In this document: piece by piece, positions 62,423 to 64,000 of the stretch
Position numbering within the stretch: the stretch's first letter is position 1
How the letters are laid out: each line of letters opens with the position of its first letter
Assembly (NCBI RefSeq): GCF_004010195.1
Contig: NC_057757.1
Location: forward strand, 1,986,985-2,050,984
Source: Chiloscyllium plagiosum
Taxonomy: Eukaryota
Length of the DNA: 64,000 nucleotides
Direction of reading: 5' to 3'
The notes under the pieces: generated by a model
The model's input: only the letters and a program-made list of their open reading frames with translations
Told to the model about the DNA's origin: nothing
The model's database searches: none
Made by a program: the position numbers and the translations under genes

Positions 62423-62992
62423 TACAGCACGGAAACAGACCATTCGGTCCAACCAGTCCATGCCGACCCTAACCCCAAACTAAACTAATCCCAACTGCCT
62501 GTTCCTGGCCGATATCCCTCAAAACCTTTCCTATTCATGTACTAATCTAAGTGTCTTTTAAATGTTGTAACTGTGTCTGCATCCATCACTTCCTCAGGAA
62601 GGTCATTCCACACGCAAACCACCCTGTGTAAAAATATTTCCCCCGATGTCTTTTTTAAAATCTCTATCCTCTCACCTTAAAAATATGCCCCCTAATCTTG
62701 AAATCCCCCACCCTAGGGAATATTAACCCTATATATATCCCACATGATTTTACAAACGTCTATAAGGTCACTAATCAGCCTCCTACACTCCAGTGAAAAA
62801 AGGTTCCAGCCTATTCAGCTTCTCCCCATAACTCAAACTTTCCACTCCCAGCAACATCCTGGTAAATCGTTTCTGAACACTCTCTAGTTTAATAATATCC
62901 TTCCTATAACAGGGCGACCAGAACTGGAGGCAGTTCTCCAGACGAGGCCTCACCAATGTCCTGTACAACCTCAATATGACATCCCAACTCCT
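62423..62992 (-). mobile_element. CR1 LINE 3' part
   Basis: LYRTLVRPRLENCLQFWSPCYRKDIIKLESVQKRFTRML. Confidence 0.88.
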
Positions 62993-63629
62993 AATCTTTT
63001 CTCTCTTGTGTACTTATCTATATCTCCCCCTCAGTGCTTGTTTGTTTGACCAAAGTTTAGATTGCTCCATGTCTGAGTACAATCCAATCTGCTGTGCTCT
63101 GATTTGCCTTTGCATCTTTGACCTTAGTTTGTCTTATTCTAGGTGAGCGTCATTGTAAAACCATTATAGAAAGCTTATGGTTAGGAGTTGCCTGCTGGAT
63201 CAGTGGGGAAGTGTTACACACAGGATAATTCTCATTTCCTGATTACGGCAGGAGGAGATATTTGGCTGTTTGCTTTATCTGAAGTGAAATAAATAAAACA
63301 AGTGTCTAATTACTGTAATTATACTCTATCACATTTGCTACTGTTCGTTTCTGTTTACTCTTCAATAAAGCTATTTAGTGGTTTACAGCCCAAGCCAGTG
63401 ACCGATAAGAGAGTTTATTCATTCACTTTTCAGTCTTAAGAAACTTCATGGTGGCACGTTATACGTTCCGACACAAATATAGTAATAGGGTTTCTCTGTT
63501 CAACCTCCAGTTTCTCTATATTTGCCAATATATCTGATAAGCACTAGTTGACAGTGAACGTTCTGTTCTGGGAGTCATCATCTCATCTGGTGCTAAAACT
63601 GTTGTGCAGACTTCGCTACCTTTTTTTTA

Positions 63630-63832
63630 GAAAATAGAACCATAGAATCCCTACAGTGAGGAAAGAGACCATTCATCCCATTAGGCTTGCACTGACCCTC
63701 CAAAGAGCATCCCATCCAAACCTGGCCCCCTCTCCTATCCCCATAACCCTGCATTTACCACAGCTAATCTTCCTAGGCTGCACATCCATGGACATTATGG
63801 ACAATTTCACATGGTTGATCCACCTAACCTTT
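63630..63832 (-). mobile_element. HE1/V-SINE 3' fragment
   Basis: catagaatccctacagtg...ctgcacatccatggacattatggacaattt. Confidence 0.7.
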
Positions 63833-64000
63833 AGACATAATAATTCCAATGCGCTCCTGTCCAGCCTCCCACATTGTATTCTCCATAAACTTTTCCTTTA
63901 CTCATTTATGGGATGTGGGCATCACTATCTGGGCCAACATTTATTGCCCATCCCTAGTTTTGAATGTAGGAGATAGTGGTGAGCTACCTACTTGAACTGC

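Overview
Vertebrate genomic DNA, almost certainly a shark/elasmobranch (inferred from abundant HE1/V-SINE, CR1 and Deu-domain SINE copies). It is repeat-dense and split by a 500-N scaffold gap (28283-28782). Two host genes are supported. (1) Six small minus-strand exons, missed by the ORF track, splice in frame into a divergent FAM122/PABIR-family (PP2A-B55 inhibitor) protein; the first coding exon was not found and the gene runs off the left edge. (2) A single-exon 348-aa P2Y-type purinergic GPCR on the plus strand (52702-53748) has NALLY in place of (N/D)PxxY. The rest is mobile DNA: CR1, L2, L1, RTE and Rex/Babar LINE fragments, SINEs, and a decayed Gmr1-like Gypsy element (SCAN-like gag, integrase before RT). 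The most notable component is a set of Penelope-like elements and tiny TSD-flanked, often palindromic derivatives carrying minimal hammerhead ribozyme motifs of several sequence families. All calls were made by eye without database searches; repeat boundaries are approximate unless a TSD is quoted.
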